From Botryllus schlosseri (Eukaryota): 64,000 nt of DNA. The stretch covers positions 23,128,001 through 23,192,000 of the forward strand of contig CM119372.1 of NCBI GenBank assembly GCA_051294905.1. Direction: 5' to 3'. The translations under genes and the position numbers were made by a program. The notes below the pieces were generated by a model. It ran no database searches and was not told the origin of the DNA. It saw nothing but the letters and a program-made list of their open reading frames with translations. Of the stretch, positions 63,386-64,000 are shown piece by piece (positions within the stretch are counted from its first letter, which is position 1; every line of letters begins with the position of its first letter).

Positions 63386-64000
63386 GCAACATTTTACGAA
63401 GAGCAAGCTTAGATCACACATTTCCGACTCCTAATAAGACAATGTTATGTTTGTTGCTTCATCTGACTTGTTACTAGATGTTAAAAACTTTTACAAAGCG
63501 AGCAGCATCAAGTATACATCTATACGAATGATGCATATTCTGACTTTAAACATATATAACCGCACACGATTCGTTTATCAATACGACATATGATTTTTTT
63601 TCAGCGGATGCTTGACCGCATTATCGTGTAGCGCAATTTCTTTAGTTTTATTTCGATCAATTATAATTATCGACGTTTTCTTTTCAATGTGAGCAATAGA
63701 CACATATCCCGAAAGCTTCTTGGTGCTTGGTTCTGGTGACGCATGCGAAGGCAGGGGCATTTTGAGTGAATGAATCAGGGTTATCCTGAAACATCTAGGG
63801 AACCGAAAAGAAATGAATTGATATAGTATTTTCCATCCGAGCCTTGGCGATTCTACAATTAATCGTGATGGTTGCCAGAGACGATTTACCTTTATTGACG
63901 GATACACAAACGTTCCACGGGTCGTGCGAAGTAGGTAAAACCACGGATCGTGAAATAACGGGTGCCAAGAGCAAGGGGCGTAGAATAAGCAACAGCGATG

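Overview
Repeat-rich animal genomic DNA, most likely an invertebrate chordate such as an ascidian (inferred from the collagen-intelectin gene and the transposon types). Three host genes: a single-coding-exon Rubicon-like RUN+RH gene (21852-23675, +), a six-exon collagen-intelectin gene with a GC-AG intron (24041-31456, -) and an atypical class-A GPCR (43776-44825, -). The most striking element is a ~10-kb foldback transposon of the Rehavkus/FB-NOF (Mutator-like) type (2871-~13095). It is bounded by inverted arrays of a 194-bp unit and encodes one spliced, now disrupted polyprotein. That protein carries (TKQST)n repeats, a PHD finger, a DDE transposase, a Ulp1/SENP-type C48 protease and a USP-type C19 deubiquitinase. 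The window also holds an apparently intact FLYWCH-MULE (Phantom-like) element with TSD, a five-level nested insertion ending in an inverted Penelope pair with minimal hammerhead ribozymes, TAA-targeting R4/Dong LINEs, and many hAT-type MITEs with 8-bp TSDs. Family assignments come from motif recognition, not database searches.
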